Assembly (NCBI RefSeq): GCF_037042905.1 | Contig: NC_087245.1 | Span: forward strand, 2,668,001-2,732,000 | DNA: 64,000 nucleotides | Origin: Lytechinus pictus | Taxonomy: Eukaryota | Direction: 5' to 3' | In this document: piece after piece, positions 40,535-55,417 of the stretch | Layout of the letters: each line of letters starts with the position of its first letter | Numbering within the stretch: position 1 is the stretch's first letter | The notes under the pieces: model-generated | Told to the model about the DNA's origin: nothing | What the model saw: only the letters and a program-made list of their open reading frames with translations | Databases searched by the model: none | Position numbers and translations under genes: made by a program

Positions 40535-43500
40535 ATGAAGACACACTGCTACTTGCCAACTCAGGTACAAATAGGCCTGTGTCAGATCAGTATCAATATT
40601 TTCATTTTACTACTTTAACATTAACCATTCAAATACAATGCAGGGTTTATTAGACATATCTATATTAAAAAAAGACTATTTAAGTGACACTATGAAACAA
40701 GCAATAACAAAACACAAAATGCATATTTTCCTCCATGCCCATCAGAGCAGACACAGGTGTAAAATGGTCTGTGTATTTATCAGAAGAGATGTCCCTCCTC
40801 TCAGACAACAGTCTGAACAGATTGAGTGCGCAATTACAGGGTGAAAATCATGGGCCCAGAGAGGGGGGGGACAGTTTAGATATAAAATGGGAATGACATA
40901 AATTATTACTGTTTGGCGCACTGTCTAACCTCCATGCTCATAAAACATAGCCTACATCTTCAATGTGGTAGAAATGTGAAAATGTGAACTTGCTTTGCAG
41001 GTCAGGTGAGAGTAAACAAAAAAATTAGTTGCTCATTAGTGTCAAGACGCCATGTACATTTTATTTGTAAGAAAAGGTATACAGCCCCCTCTTTCTTCTA
41101 CTAAATCTAAAGTAATTGGCTGCTGATCCAGTTGCTCCTACTTTTTCTACATTAATAAATACTAAATAAAACTATTGATTCTGCTTTAAACTGAACATAT
41201 CAAACTACCGAAGTAAGCTACATGTATTTGTAGCACACATAAAAAATGCACAAGAACTTACATGTATATATACTATTCAAGTATAAATAAATAAAATATT
41301 CAATATGATAGACTTTTTGTTATGAAACAAGTAAAATAGTTTATACAACATGGCAGCCTTTCTTCAAAAGAATAAAAATACAAAGTGTCTGTTTCTTGGA
41401 GAAGGAAATCTACATGTAGGTACATGTACCAGTGTTCAATATGGACAATTTTTTTATAGAGAAGAGTACTAACTCCGCAATTTCTCAGTCATATTACTCT
41501 CCAACTCTAGAAAAATTGTGAAATAATTTGATGCTCACAATAGACGTCATATTGAGTTAACTCCCCACTATGATCTCTGATCATCTTCCAATTATGAAGC
41601 TGAACTCTGGATGAACTCCACACAGGTAGAGGAAGGAAGAAAAGGAAAAATAGTTTGGAGATGACATCCAAATGAAAAGGTGAGAAATGGAAAATAAAAC
41701 ACATCGCTTCTATGCTGGTATGATAGAGTCTACTTTTTACATGTAGGCTTTCCTTAAAATAAGTTGTCCTAAATAAAATTGTGGTCAAACTACAGCCCAC
41801 CCCTCCCCCAAAAAGAACAACAATTACAATAATGAATACATACATAAATAAATGAATTAAAAAAAAGTTTGCCCTAATCCTTTTTAAATTAAATTTCCAC
41901 AAGACAAATGTCATTAACAATTTTTTTTTTGCGAGAGACTTTTTTATTCATGCACTTTTCCTTGTCAAGGCGTTAACTTTTTCTCAGTCAATATAATTTT
42001 ATTAGTCCATCTAATAGAAAATATATACTACACATTCAGCTTGAAACACGGATAATAAATGTATAGTGTTTCATTTTATTTGAAGAATTAAATAGGCCTA
42101 GTTGACGCAGGAGCAACTGTTGTGACACCTACATACATGTACAAATGGGTAGGCCTGATAGTAGCCTCCACTTCTTTAAAAGCATATTAAAACAAGGATA
42201 ATCTGAAGTTTAACCACTAAAACTTGTTTCTCTCTGGATAATATGATTGTAAGAAGTGAGTGCAAAGCTCAATAAGATCATACAAATAATCTAATTTTGT
42301 TGATGTAGAGGACAAGAAGTCAAGGATTCTTTGCTAGTAATAAAACTGTATGACATCATCATACCATATAGATCTGTACCTGATTCAAGCCAAAGGAATG
42401 CAAACCCCCAAATCATCAAATTACTGAAACATAACACACACACTCACACCCTCAAACACTTTTATTCTATTTTTAGAAGTTTATGTCATCTGTGACTGAG
42501 GCACCCCACAGGAACATCCATCTGAAGGAGTTTACCCTATTTTGCTTCTCTTTTTTTTAAATAATCCAGGAGTTCTGGTTCACTTCATATTAGATGGTGT
42601 TATTATGGTAAATATGGCTTGTCTACAAAAAAAAATTCAATTGTGCATCACAGAATTACAAATTTCACTCCAATGTACACTCAATCCATGATTCAACAAT
42701 TTTTTTTCTCTCTTTTCCTTCCTTTCATAAATGTGTACATGTAGGCCTATGTGTACAGAAAGTACATGTAGCGGGTATTTCATTTTTAAAATCATTGACC
42801 TATGTTTTTTTCAGACTTCTATTTCTTTCTTTGTAAGTTCCACAATAATACTGTTATTTCTTCTACCATCTACATGTACTAGCTGTAGCCATTAGTAGGT
42901 AATGTACAGGTAGGACATGTACAGGGCAGTTTCATCTCTGCTTGTATCATATCATTGAAAGAACATTATGCACGCAGTACGCTGTTGGATAGTGACCTAG
43001 TATGCACACAGCTGCTGGGGGAGGGCAGAATTTAGTTAAAGCTGCGTTGCTAGTTTTGTACTTGCAGTGGGGATAAAATGACAATTACTTTACTTTGACA
43101 TGGTACAAAATACTGTCTATAGCATTTGCGAAATCATAAGGTATACATGTATACACAATTTACAAATATTTTTAAATCAGACAAGGAGTTAATTGAAATT
43201 GTTTAAAAAGTCCTACAATTAGGATTTAGAAAGAATGAAAAAGTCATTAAACTCATTATTGCTCTCGGTCTGATAAAGTGAAAGAAAATCTAAAAAATCA
43301 CCCAATAAATACACTGTACATATGTGAACATTGTATGTGTATAAAGTAAATTGAGCATAACAAATGACTAAAATATTAATGAGTGAATTAATGAGCAATA
43401 CATGTATATTTAATTAACAAATCTGAAAATAAATAGCAAATACAGAATAAATTCACAATTGCACTAAACAAAGATGCTAAAAATTGTTTTGAATTTGTTT

Positions 43501-44337
43501 ATTCCAAACAGAGCTACTACTTCTTTGTATTAGAATGAAATAAAATGAAATCATAATAAGCAAATATTAAAAATAAATTAATCAATCAATAAATAGCCTA
43601 AATATTAAGATAATTTATTTTTTTTACTTTCAATAACCTGAACAATAATAAACTCTTTGCATATTGATTATCGAATGAGGGTACTACATGTATAGCTCGA
43701 CATAATGACAACTACAGAGGAAAAGAGTCAGTTCTGTAGGTATGTGAGAGGAGGAACATAAAAGGAGTTACGCAATTAAAACAATGACAATGTGAAAAAA
43801 TGGGATATGAGACATCAGAAATTGGAAGACAATCAGGACAGAACCAACATTATATTCCAAACAAAGTACATGTGTGGATATCTTTTCCCAATTATGGACA
43901 TGTTAACTTTGTTATACTAGTACCGTATGTATTGTAGCTTCTTTATGGGCATTCAAATGTAACATCTTTTCTTTAAATACATGTAGATTTGAGATGATGA
44001 ATCTAGCCTCCCTCAAAAGAAATACCGACTGACCTGCTGATGCCGCTTGCAAGGCCCATACCCTGTACAATATCTTAACGAAGCAAGAGCAGATTGAAAT
44101 TGATATTATCGTTATAAAACAAGCTATTTCCAAAGTATTCACAGAAAAATATACTTGCACAGTATATTTTGTCAGTAGTATTCTACAGTACATACATGTA
44201 TCGTAAAGTAGACGTTTACTTTTCTAAATCTAAATGTAATTTTGTAATGGTATTCAGGACAGTTACTTTCAAAGAAACTGACTCTAAGCCGACTGATGAT
44301 TGCCATTCAAAATAACGTAATACTACTACTACTACTA

Positions 44338-47300
44338 TAGTCCGGGTTATAACTGAGCAAGGTGCCACTTGGAGAAGGAGAAATTTTCATATAGTGCCTC
44401 TAGACCATTTTTTTACGCTGAATATGAATATATGAGGTAAACAGGCTGTATCCTGAAAATTAACCTGTGAGGGCGCTTTTTTCAAAATGGCCGCCATATT
44501 TTCTGAGAATTTGAATTTTCGTACATAGATTTTGACATAAGCATTCAATTGCCATAAAATTAGTGTCATATGAAAGCCAAATAAATTCCCTACAATTTGG
44601 TACTATTTATAGGGGATAAGTAGGTCATTTGGCTGAGATTTTAAGTAGTAAACTGCATTTTTTTGTAATTTTTTCCAAAAATTAAAAATTTTACAAATAC
44701 ATGATTTTACATAATTCTATGAAGAATTAATCAATTACCTTGAAATGTTCCTGAAAACTTTATTGATATACTATTATTATGTGGATGAAATTCCAACTCT
44801 GAATCATTTTTTTTGGCAAATTTATACGGTATCAAACTTGAATACTTCAATTTCAGAAATGTCGCTTTTTGTATGCATTTCCATAGATTAATACGTATAA
44901 CATTACATGTACGTATAATACATGTATGTATAATGTACAGTATAGTTAAAACTTAAATGATATTATCTCCGCTAGTTAATCACTTGCAGAGTTAAGAGTA
45001 GGCTTTTCTTTATCAGCTACATTAACAAAATGTTGGCACATCGAAGCCTAACATTTTCAGGGGGTGGGGGTGTCGAAGTCCTCCCCCCCCCCCCCCCGTT
45101 GCTTTATCATGTTGTTGTATATTGCCTATTTGTTAGAAAAATAACTGTTTTTTTGGAGCACCCATTGAGGCAAAAGGCATTTCTGTTATACAGTACATCC
45201 ACTTTAATTGCTTTGAAACCACTTGGCGAGGAAAGAGTAGGCTTTTTTCTACCAGCTACATCTAAAAAAGTGGCACATCGAAGCCTACCCCTCTCGGGGA
45301 GGGGGAGCTTTTGCTTAATATTGCCAATTTATTTGAAAATTCACAACATAGAGGCCAAAAAGCGTTTGTGCTTTGTTGTACACCCCATTTTATTGATTTG
45401 AGACCACTTAGAGAGGAAAGCGTATAGGGTAGAGTAGAGTTTACCAGCTACATATAAATAAGCGCTGGCTCGTCGAACCCTAGCTAGCCCTCTCAGGGGC
45501 TGTCTAAGTCAACCCCCTCCTCTATATCATGTATATTGCATATTTTATTGGATATTTCACCATTTTGGATCACCCATTGAGGCAAAATCGCGTTTCTACT
45601 ATAAAGTACAGCCAATTTTATTTTCTTGCAATGACTCGATCGGAGAAGAAAGAGTAGGCTTTGCTCTATCAGCTGTAAAGAAGTGTTGTCAAATCGAAGC
45701 CTATCCCCTTCAGAATGTTCGGGGGCTGTAGAATTTACCTCACCAATTTTCGGTATTTGACTATCTATTGGACATTCACAATTTTGGATCACTCATTAAG
45801 GCAAAAGGGCGTTTCTACTATATAGTACAGCAAATTCTATTTTCTTGCAATGACTTGGAGAGGAAAGGGTAGGCTTTGCTCTATTAGCTCCATATAAAGA
45901 AGTGTTGGCAAATTGAAGCCTATCTCATTCAGGCGGCTGTAAAAGTTACCCCACTAATTTTCGGTATTTGGCTACTTGTTGAAAATGCACCATTTTGGAG
46001 CCCCCATTGAAGCAAAAAGGCGTCTCTGATATATAGTTATGCCACTTTTATTGCCTTGATACCACTTAGAGAGGAAAGAATGGACTTCGCTTTATCAGCT
46101 ATAAAGATTTGCTGGCAAATAAAAGCCTATCCCCTTCTGGGGTCTGTCGAAATCACCCCCTCCCCCCTTTGCATTATTGCCTATTTGTTGGAAAATTCAC
46201 AATTTTTGAGCCCCCATTGAGGTAAAAAGGCATCTCTGATATATAGTTCTGCCACTTTTACTGCCTTGAAACCAATTAAGGAGGACAGAATATGCTTTGC
46301 TCTATCAGCTACCTATAAAGAAGTGCTGGCACATTGAAGCTTACCCATCTGGGCGGCTGTCAAACCATCCCACCCCTTATGCATTATTGCCTAATTATTT
46401 GAAAATTCACAATTTGTGAGCCCCCATTGAGGCAATATGCATTTCTGCTGTATAAACACCCGATTTCATTTTCTTGAAACTATTTGGAGAGGAAGAGTTT
46501 GGAGAGTATAGATTGCCCTCTTTCAGCTATATATGTCGAATTGCTGCCATATCGAAGCCTGACCCACTTCAGGGGACTATAGATGTTACCCCACCTTTTT
46601 TACGATTTTTTGCCAATTCATTGGAAAACTCGCCATTTTGGAGCCCCCATTGAGGCAAAAAATGTGTTTCTGGTATATGGTAGAGCCACTTCTTTATATA
46701 TAGCTGATAGAGGATAGAGCCTACTCTTTCCTGTCCAAGTGAGTTTCAAGGCGGTAATAGTGGCAGAACTATATATCAGAACCGCCTTTTTGCCTCAATG
46801 GGGGCTCCAAAATTGTGAATTTTCAAATAAGTAAACAATAATGAAAAAGGGGCGGGGTGATTTCAACAGCCCTCTCATGGGGATATGCTTTTATTTTCGA
46901 GCATGTCTTTATATGTAGTTGTTTAAAGCAAAGCCTTTATTCTTTTCTCTCCAAATGGTTTCAAGGGTGAAAAAGGCAGAACTATATATCAGAAATGCCT
47001 TTTTGCCTCAATGGGGGCTCCAAAATTGTGAATTTCAAGAGGGGGGGGAGCAATTTCGACAGTCCCCTGAAGGGAGCAGGCTTTTATTTGCCGGCACTTC
47101 TTTATATATATGTGCCTGATAAGGCAAAACCTATTCTTTCCTCCCTAAGTGGTTTCAAGGCAGTAAAAGTGGTAGAACTATATATCAGAACGCTTTTTTG
47201 CATAAATGGGGGCTCCAAAATGGTGAATTTTCCAATAAATAGGTGATAATGAAAAAGGGATTGGGTGATTTCAACAGCCACCCGGAGGGGGTAGGCTTTT

Positions 47301-48894
47301 ATTTGCCAGCACTTCTTCATATTTGGCTGATAAAACAAAGCCTACTCTTTCCTATCCAAGTCATTGCAAGAAAATAAAATTGGCTATACTATATAGTAGA
47401 AATGCCCTTTTGCCTCAATGGGTGATTTAAAATGGTGTAATTTCCAATACACAGGCAATAAACATTATATAGAGGGGGAGAGGTTGACTAAGACAGCCCC
47501 TGAGAGGGCTAGGTTTCGATGTGCAAGCGCTTCTTAATGTGTAGCTGATATACAAAAGACCATGCTTTCCTCTCCAAGTAATAGCAAGAAAATAAAATTG
47601 GCTGTATGATATATAGTAGAAATGCCCTTATGCCTCAATCATGTCAATGGATGATCCAAAATGGTGAAATTGCCAATAAATAGGCAATATACATGATATA
47701 GAGGAGGGGGTGAGCCGGTGGGGTGACTTAGACAGCACCTGAGAGGGCTAGCGTTCGATGTGCTGCGCTTATTTATGTAGCTGGTAGAACGAACTCTACT
47801 CTTTAAAATCAATAAAATAAATAATACAGCATAAACGCTTTTTTGCCTCAATGTTGGGTCCAAAATGGTGAATTTCCAAATAAATTAGCAATAAGCAAAA
47901 GGGGAGGGGTGACTTCCACAGCCCCCCCCCCCCCCCCGAGAGGGGTAGGCCTAGGCTTTGATGTGCTACTTCTTTTGATGTAGCTGGTAGAACAAAGCCT
48001 ACTCTTTTCCTCTCCAAGTGGTTTTAAAGTGATTAAAGTGGATGTACTGTATAACAGAAATGCCTTTTGCCTCAATTGGTGCTCCTAAAAACAGTTATTT
48101 TTCTAACAAATAGGCAATATACAACAACATGATATAGCAACGGGGGGGGGGGGAGGACTTCGACACCCCCACCCCCTGAAAATGTTAGGCTTCGATGTGC
48201 CAACATTTTGTTTGATGTAGCTGATAGAGAAAAGCCTACTCTTAACTCTGCAAGTGATTAACTATCGGATATAATAGCATTTAAGTTTTAACTATACATT
48301 ATACATACATGTATTATACGTACATGTAATGTTATACGTATTAATCTATGGAAATGCATACAAAAAGCGACATTTCTGAAATTGAAGTATTCAAGTTTGA
48401 TACCGTATAAATTTGCTAAAAAGAATGATTCAGAGTTGGAATTTCATCCACATAATAATAGTATATCAATAAAGTTTTCAGGAACATTTCAAGGTAATTG
48501 ATTAATTTTTCATAAAATTATGTAAAATCAAGTATTTGTAAAATTTTTAATTTTTGGGAAAAAATTACAAAAAATGCAGTTTTCTACTTAAAATCTCAGC
48601 CAAATGACCTACTTATCCCCTATAAATAGTACCAAATTGTAGGGAATTTATTTGGCTTTCATATGACACTAATTTTATGGCAATTGAATGCTTATGTCAA
48701 AATCTATGTACGAAAATTCAAATTCTCGGAAAATATGGCGGCCATTTTGAAAAAAGCGCCCTCACAGGTTAATTTTCAGGATACAGCCTGTTTACCTCAT
48801 ATATTCATATTCAGCGTAAAAAACTGGTCTAGAGGCACTATATGAAAATTTCTCCTTCTCCAAGTGGCACCTTGCTCAGTTATAACCCGGACTA
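44338..48894. mobile_element. 4557-bp foldback DNA transposon with very long TIRs and inner inverted tandem arrays (Academ-like TAG termini, non-autonomous)
   Basis: Ends TAGTCCGGGTTATAACTGAGCAAGG / CCTTGCTCAGTTATAACCCGGACTA. Arms are near-identical for about 1 kb; mirror ORFs 44387-44569(-) and 48663-48845(+) differ by one residue. CTACTACTA on both flanks. Confidence 0.9.
45000..48240. repeat. ~210-bp diverged tandem units inside the foldback element, orientation switching near 46695
   Basis: CCCATTGAGGCAAAA-type motif at ~45161, 45573, 45792, 46003, 46213, 46423 and 46646. Reverse complement at ~46787, 47001, 47195, 47408, 47628, 47841 and 48065. Confidence 0.85.
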
Positions 48895-51800
48895 CTACTA
48901 CTAATAATAATAATATGGACATTTGTAATGCACCTGTATCCAATATCCATAATGAAAAAATGCTCATGAATGAATTAGAGCTTTGATTGGTCTGCAGTCA
49001 GTTCCTTTAGTGTGAAGGTAGCACAAGAAATGTCTAACCTTCTTTCTCCACATGTACAGCAAAACACTGAGGATTTCTTCATTCGTATTTAGTTCAATTC
49101 ATTGCTGAATTCAGTACAATACTTGGAATATCTTTCAGAGACATTCCTGCTTTATAATGTACACAAGCAATAATGAACACAGATCCATGTGGAGAGGAAC
49201 ATAACAGTGAGCTGGTCAATTGGAATGACCCTTGGGGCTTTCAAGTCGGTTCAATTTCATTACAACAAAAGCCCCTCACAAAGCCAAGAGTGTGTTATTA
49301 AATTTCCTGCACTGTTGCCAAGGAGAATTTCGAGGAATAATATTGGTACTGTGGATGAGCTGCATGGAGGGCAGATGGGGCTTCATTTTTTGCATCATAA
49401 GATTCTGATAACAAATTCGGAAGATAATCATAGTCTAATGTGCACTGTTCAGTGAATCTAATTAAAAGCATTCAACCACAGACACAAAAGACAAAGGACT
49501 TTTAATATTATACACCATCCGTTTCCTTAAAGCCCCTTTCACAATTGATGGTGCGACCGCTTATAACCGTTGCAATTGTGTGCAACATATATTGTGACCA
49601 AATGATCGCAAACGATCGTACAAGTGATTTGTGAAAGCCCCTTATTAACTGAGGAAGGCCTGAAAGGAAATTCAGTGCATCTGAGGATGTGTTCATTCAA
49701 AATTTCTTTTCAGGCTAATTAGAAATGCAAACAGAAAACAAAATGGTTACTTCAGGAGAGTGTTCAATCGGACTAGTTCATCCACCATGCACTTAGATCA
49801 CTGAGAGTTTGACCCAGGAAGTAAAGGTCACCCTTAGAGTGTATGCAATACATATCCAAACCAGAAGACCCTTTCTCATCTACTTTCCTCAACCAATTTA
49901 ATGTGTAATGGGGATGATCGAAGCAGTCTTGGAAGCGATCTAAGTGGTCTTCCCAACCAGTGTGGAAAACCACCTCGCAATGTGGTTTTCAAGACCATTT
50001 TGCCTTGATAAACTGGTTTAAGCATAGGTGAGGACACAACCGGTCTTTGGAAGGCAATCTTCGCTATGAGAGTGTGTGCATGTTGGGCATGCTACTCAGT
50101 AAACACTGCGAGTACATTGTAGGACATGCTTACGCTGCGGCTTCAAATTTCAAGCGAAACATAATCTGACCGTGCTGAGATCGTTCCCATAGCAAAAAAG
50201 ACCAATCTTTGTGGTTAAATCTCTAGACCAGAACTTTAAGTCTTTAGATTTGTAATTCATGTTCATATTCATATACCTACATGTACATTAGTTTCAGTTT
50301 GCATTCATTGTGAAAAGAACAACGTTTATGTGGCTGAAACTGCAAAATACAATGTGTAGGCCCCAATACTGTAGTATGAAGTTGTGCCAACACAAAAATA
50401 CTACACAGTGTATTTGCCAACTAGTTTTCAACACCAACAAACATTGATGGTACAACTTATAAGGCTAAGTTAGGTAGGCTACACATTTAAATTTTAGTTA
50501 TAAAACACTGCATGAAATGCTCTTGAAATTGAACAGGTGTGAGCTTCACATCAAATTGTTCAATTTCATGTTTATCCATCAATACATCATAGGAAGGTAT
50601 GCAACCTCCAAGTCAGAAAGTCATCTTGGCAAGCACAATCAGATAAGGGTCAATGGTCACAATTACAGGTCAACTAGATGACCCCATTAAGCTTTATTAC
50701 AGAAAATAAGGCGAGGTTCATATCAAGTTTCAAGATCATGATGATCATATTTATGTACCCAGACAGCAAGTTTATCAAAATGCAACAAAATAAAAAAATT
50801 AGGACCCTCTCCTCTCTTCAGGATCTTCTCTCTCTCTCTCTCATTCCCAAACCCCCCTAAAGATGCTTTCTCCCTTTCTGTTTCTATTCTCCATGTAAAA
50901 CCTCTTCTAAAGGAGCTATCACTATGTGCAAGCCTACTTTGATTTTGATTCAACTTGGACTTTGTACTTGGCCAGTTCTTGCTTCCATATCTAAACAAAC
51001 TTTACCATTGTATGGTTCAATTGATTGTTTTCAATACATCTTTACCAGGACAAAACATATCATGAAAGCTGTATCTCATTTCCAATATAGACACACATTT
51101 GGCAAAAAACACTGGTAGGCATTGAAGTGCTGCCTATTAAAAAAGCAATTAATCATTTAAAGATGTTTGTAATGTCAATGGAAGCTGCTCTATCTTCTTC
51201 AAAATAGAACTTAATATGTAGCAATACATCATGCATTATGACAGACGAATCATGAAGACCTAATCAAAGGTACTCTGCACCAGGATAAATCTGTATACAA
51301 ATATGCTTTCCTTTTAAGAAAAAAAAAACAATTTACAGTATATATGTACAAATATACATGTAGGTATACCAGATAGATGCTATGTCAACCACCATCTTGC
51401 AGTCAATGTTTGTACCGGTAATTGAATTGAATGAAGTTTATTTCTGTATAAATATATATGTGATTTTTTTTTTAATCAATTTAATTCAATTTCACTTCGT
51501 GCAATTTATTCAACATTTGATCAGCAACTATTGTGTGAGTCCAACATTTTCACCCATAAACAAACATCACAGTCCTCTCTGCCCAAAATGAAAAAAAAAG
51601 TTGTTCTGAACTCATATTCCATACATGTAGTAAAGGTCTGTGCTAATGCTATTGGAAGCTAAAAATGTCAACATTTTGTTTACAATGTATTTTTCTTATG
51701 TTTACTAAATTCATTCCCAAAGCACCAAATGTGCTGAGAAATTGAACATGTACTGTTAGAGATTGTGTCACAAAACTATTCACAATTGAGCTACAACTTA

Positions 51801-54010
51801 TGACCAAGAGTTTATTCACAGAGTTCGGATAATTATAGGACCTGAAAGTTCCCCACTGCTAGATAAATAGTCTGTGGTTCTGTGGTGCATCTCATGACAT
51901 TGCTATGGCACCATGCAACAGATATTTTAGACATAATTCGTCATCACCACATCAACCATGCATGCTGAAAGATACATGTGATATGGTTGGGACTTGATTG
52001 CACACAAGGTTACTATCAAAAGAGTGGTTATTTTTGTGCATGCTGGTTTGTAAACAGTAAAAATCAACAAATTGGCTTAGGCACCTGTGAGTTCAAAAGG
52101 GATGGTCTATGGATCTCATTGTGTTTGATTGCAGCCATTGTTCTATATACAGCTTGAGGGAACCGGTAACTAATGTACATAAAGTACATACATTGTACAT
52201 ACACTGTACTATTCAGATCCCCATAAGTTCAAGGTTAAAACTCAGAATGGAGATTTAGCTCACAACAACATACATACAATGTTATGTATGGGACAATGAA
52301 CACTGAATTGCAAAACACTATATTCATCCTCATAAATAAAGTGCAAAATATCAATTAGCCTAGGGTAAATTTTGTTTCATCTTACAAAAAAAATTACTGT
52401 TGGCTGCTTTACAGATTGAGGAATGATAGCATCCCAATACAAATAAGGGATTTCTATAAAATACTATAGAAGAAGGGGAGGAAATAGAAAAAAAGTATGT
52501 AATGTGTATTCATTGCACAACATAACATAATGCACAAACTATAGCTTCGAGTTGAGGTTTTGTTCACTGTTCTTACTTTGCCAATCCTTACAAAAAAAAT
52601 TACATTGAATTGCATCCATACATGTGCATAACTTTTAAAGAATTGGGTTTCATAATGGCACAGCAATCAAAGTGAATAACATTTGCATTCTCATTTAATA
52701 CTAGGCATGTATCAAGATATCAAATAGGTACAAACTGGAATCAGGTGCATTGATATGACCTAGTCAAGGAGGGTTGTCAGGAAAGAAAAAAGGAAAAGGA
52801 TCAAGGTTCTAACAAATTAAGCTACCATCCTGTCTCCTTACTCTGCAACCTGTTAGACTAATACGTTTACACCTTCAAGAAAACCATATCAGAAAAACAT
52901 TGTAAACTATTGAGTATAGTGTACATGTATAAAGTAGGTGGATCTACATATTGTTCACATATCTACACATAAATTATTTATAAATAGGCCTATTTTTAAC
53001 TGCTCATTTTGAGTTATTTTAATAATTGCTATTTGCAAGTTTTAGCTTTGCTTTTCTCATAGTCTTAAACACTCAAGATGAAAAAGATCATTTTGAGAAG
53101 CAAAAACTATTTGTTGTGTAGTGGGTACAGTGTAGCATGATTATGTACACATTGACATGGGCGTGACAATATTGCATTACAGTTTGATTTTCTGTATGCT
53201 TCACTGTATAATTAAGGCAATGTTTTTTTTTTAATAAAAATTTTGTAATGAGCATTCACATAGATGATACACATGGTTGCCCGATGCATTGTAGGCAGAG
53301 CATATAGACCAATGGATGCAATGATCTGACTACTGAGTGATGACCTTTCCATGTTATGATAGCAGCCCTCATAAAGAGAAAAATGAACGGGGAAAAAATC
53401 GAATAGATCTAAATGTACATCTTATATATTTGATAATTGATGTCTTAAGAACCTTAAACACTGACTGTAGGCTGCAAAAACTGTGTCTAACAATTAATGA
53501 CTGAAGGGGGCAGCAAATTGGCAACGTCTAGACAGGAGAAAGACAAGTAAAGGGGCATATCAAAGTTTATTAGGGCACAGGAAGTGCTTGATGTGGGTAT
53601 TACTTCTTGTGCAATGTCTGAGACAAATGCTGTCTTTCTCAGATGATAGACATGATAACTACATGTAGATTATGTTAAAGCTCATAACTAAATACCTACT
53701 TTAGAATGAAATATCAAAGGGGGTAGTGTCTTATAAATAAGAGAGAACAACTACATTATATGAAATAAAAACACCCCAAATGAAAAATAATACAAATAAA
53801 AACAAAATATCAACAAATTGATATTTTGTCTGGTGTAAGGATGAGTGAAGTTTATTGGCTATTTCTAAACATGATGCAAAATAAAAGTGAAATATTCATA
53901 CCCCATCTTATATAATACACACTTTAACACAATGATTGTCATATGATAAAATATATCAAAATATTACTCTCTGAGCACTTGACTGTCAATCAGATCTGGA
54001 GCATAATCTA

Positions 54011-54502
54011 TGCTTTTCACACTGCATTTCCTTAACCCCATACTATCCTTTACCCTGGACTATCCTTAACCCAATACTATCTTTTTTGGTTTCACACAGT
54101 CTTTCTTGACCCCATACTATTTTCTTAGCCGGGGTTAACGCCTTAACCCTGGACTATCGCACAGCTCCTGAATATTGATGATTTTGCCACACAGTGCATG
54201 ATTAACATACAATTTCGACTTCTGTGATTACTGATTGGCTATTTTTGCTTAGCCCCACTTTTTCGTTAGCCCAGTTTCGTTTCACACTGCATCTCTCAGC
54301 ACCGCAATAAGCTGGCTCTGCTTTTTAGCAGGCCCAGATACATGTAGTACTGAACTATTTACCGTGCTAGCCCACTTTCCTAAAAATGTGGTGTGAAACC
54401 AAAGTGGGCTCAGCTTAACCTCGGGAAATTGGTGGGGCTAAGTCTCTCCCTTACCCCCACCTATTTCCCGGGTTAAGGAAAAATAGTGCAGTGTGAAAAG
54501 CA
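54011..54502. mobile_element. MITE with TA flanks
   Basis: TA|TGCTTTTCACACTGCA ... TGCAGTGTGAAAAGCA|TA. Internal TTCACAC and CCTTAACCC repeats. Confidence 0.8.
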
Positions 54503-55417
54503 TACATGTGTAGTAGGTCCATGGTATAAGAGTGCAGCCAAACATGTAGGCCTACACTGTGGGGGCCTAGGTGTCTCTCTCACAAAAAATTGTAAACTTC
54601 ACATGGACTTGTGAAGTTGTGGTTTTCCTTCCAGCAGGTACATGTATATGAAGACCGTTGTAGTCCCCGAGTTGATTTCTTGAGGAAAGAACTCAAAGAA
54701 ATGTGCAAGCTTTGATAATTTATTAATCACTCTGATGAAATGTGTAAAAAGCATAATATTCTAAATTATGTTCTAATGATAATGAAAAAATGAATTTATA
54801 AAAAATATAGCTCTACAGGTTAAAATATTTTTATGGGTAATTTAAAAAAACATCAGGAAAATATTTGTTTACAGACTTTTATTGGCTTGTTCCAATACAA
54901 TAAAGTTAAGCCTGAAAGTCCTCATGGATCAAATGCCACCAACAAGACAAACATTCACAAGGTTTGCACTACCTGTGAACCGCATATCTCTACACACCAT
55001 CACCAGAAATACGCAAGGGAATCAAGGCAAATGAGAGAAAGGAAATTATCAAGCTTCCCTGGATGAAACCCAACTTCCTTCAAGTTCCTCTCAGATCCCT
55101 CAACATTGCATAGGACCACATGTAACACTAATATTTTGCAACTGCTAAAGTGTGCTAACTCAGCACTGATTATTAACTTCTTATTTTTTAAATTCATTTT
55201 TCTTAGATTTGTAATACATAGTATTGATTTTTATTTTGTTTTTAAATGTTATCAATTTTTATGATTATTGTTCTTTTCTCTTTTATATACAGATACACTG
55301 TATAAAAGAGAAAAGAACAATAATCATAAATACAGGTCTGTATTCGTACGTACACCACACTTTACAGTGTGCAGACTGTTTTTCCAGTTTTTGTTTTCTT
55401 GTTCAAATAAATTCTAC

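Noticed and set aside
44387..48845. Duplicated 60-aa protein gene pair
   Set aside because: Mirror ORFs created by the inverted arms of the foldback element; TTG/ATG-started short frames with no recognisable domain.
44338..48894. Polinton/Maverick element
   Set aside because: Far too short, no polB, integrase or capsid ORFs, and the AGTAGT-like repeat is seen at one end only, as part of the flanking microsatellite.
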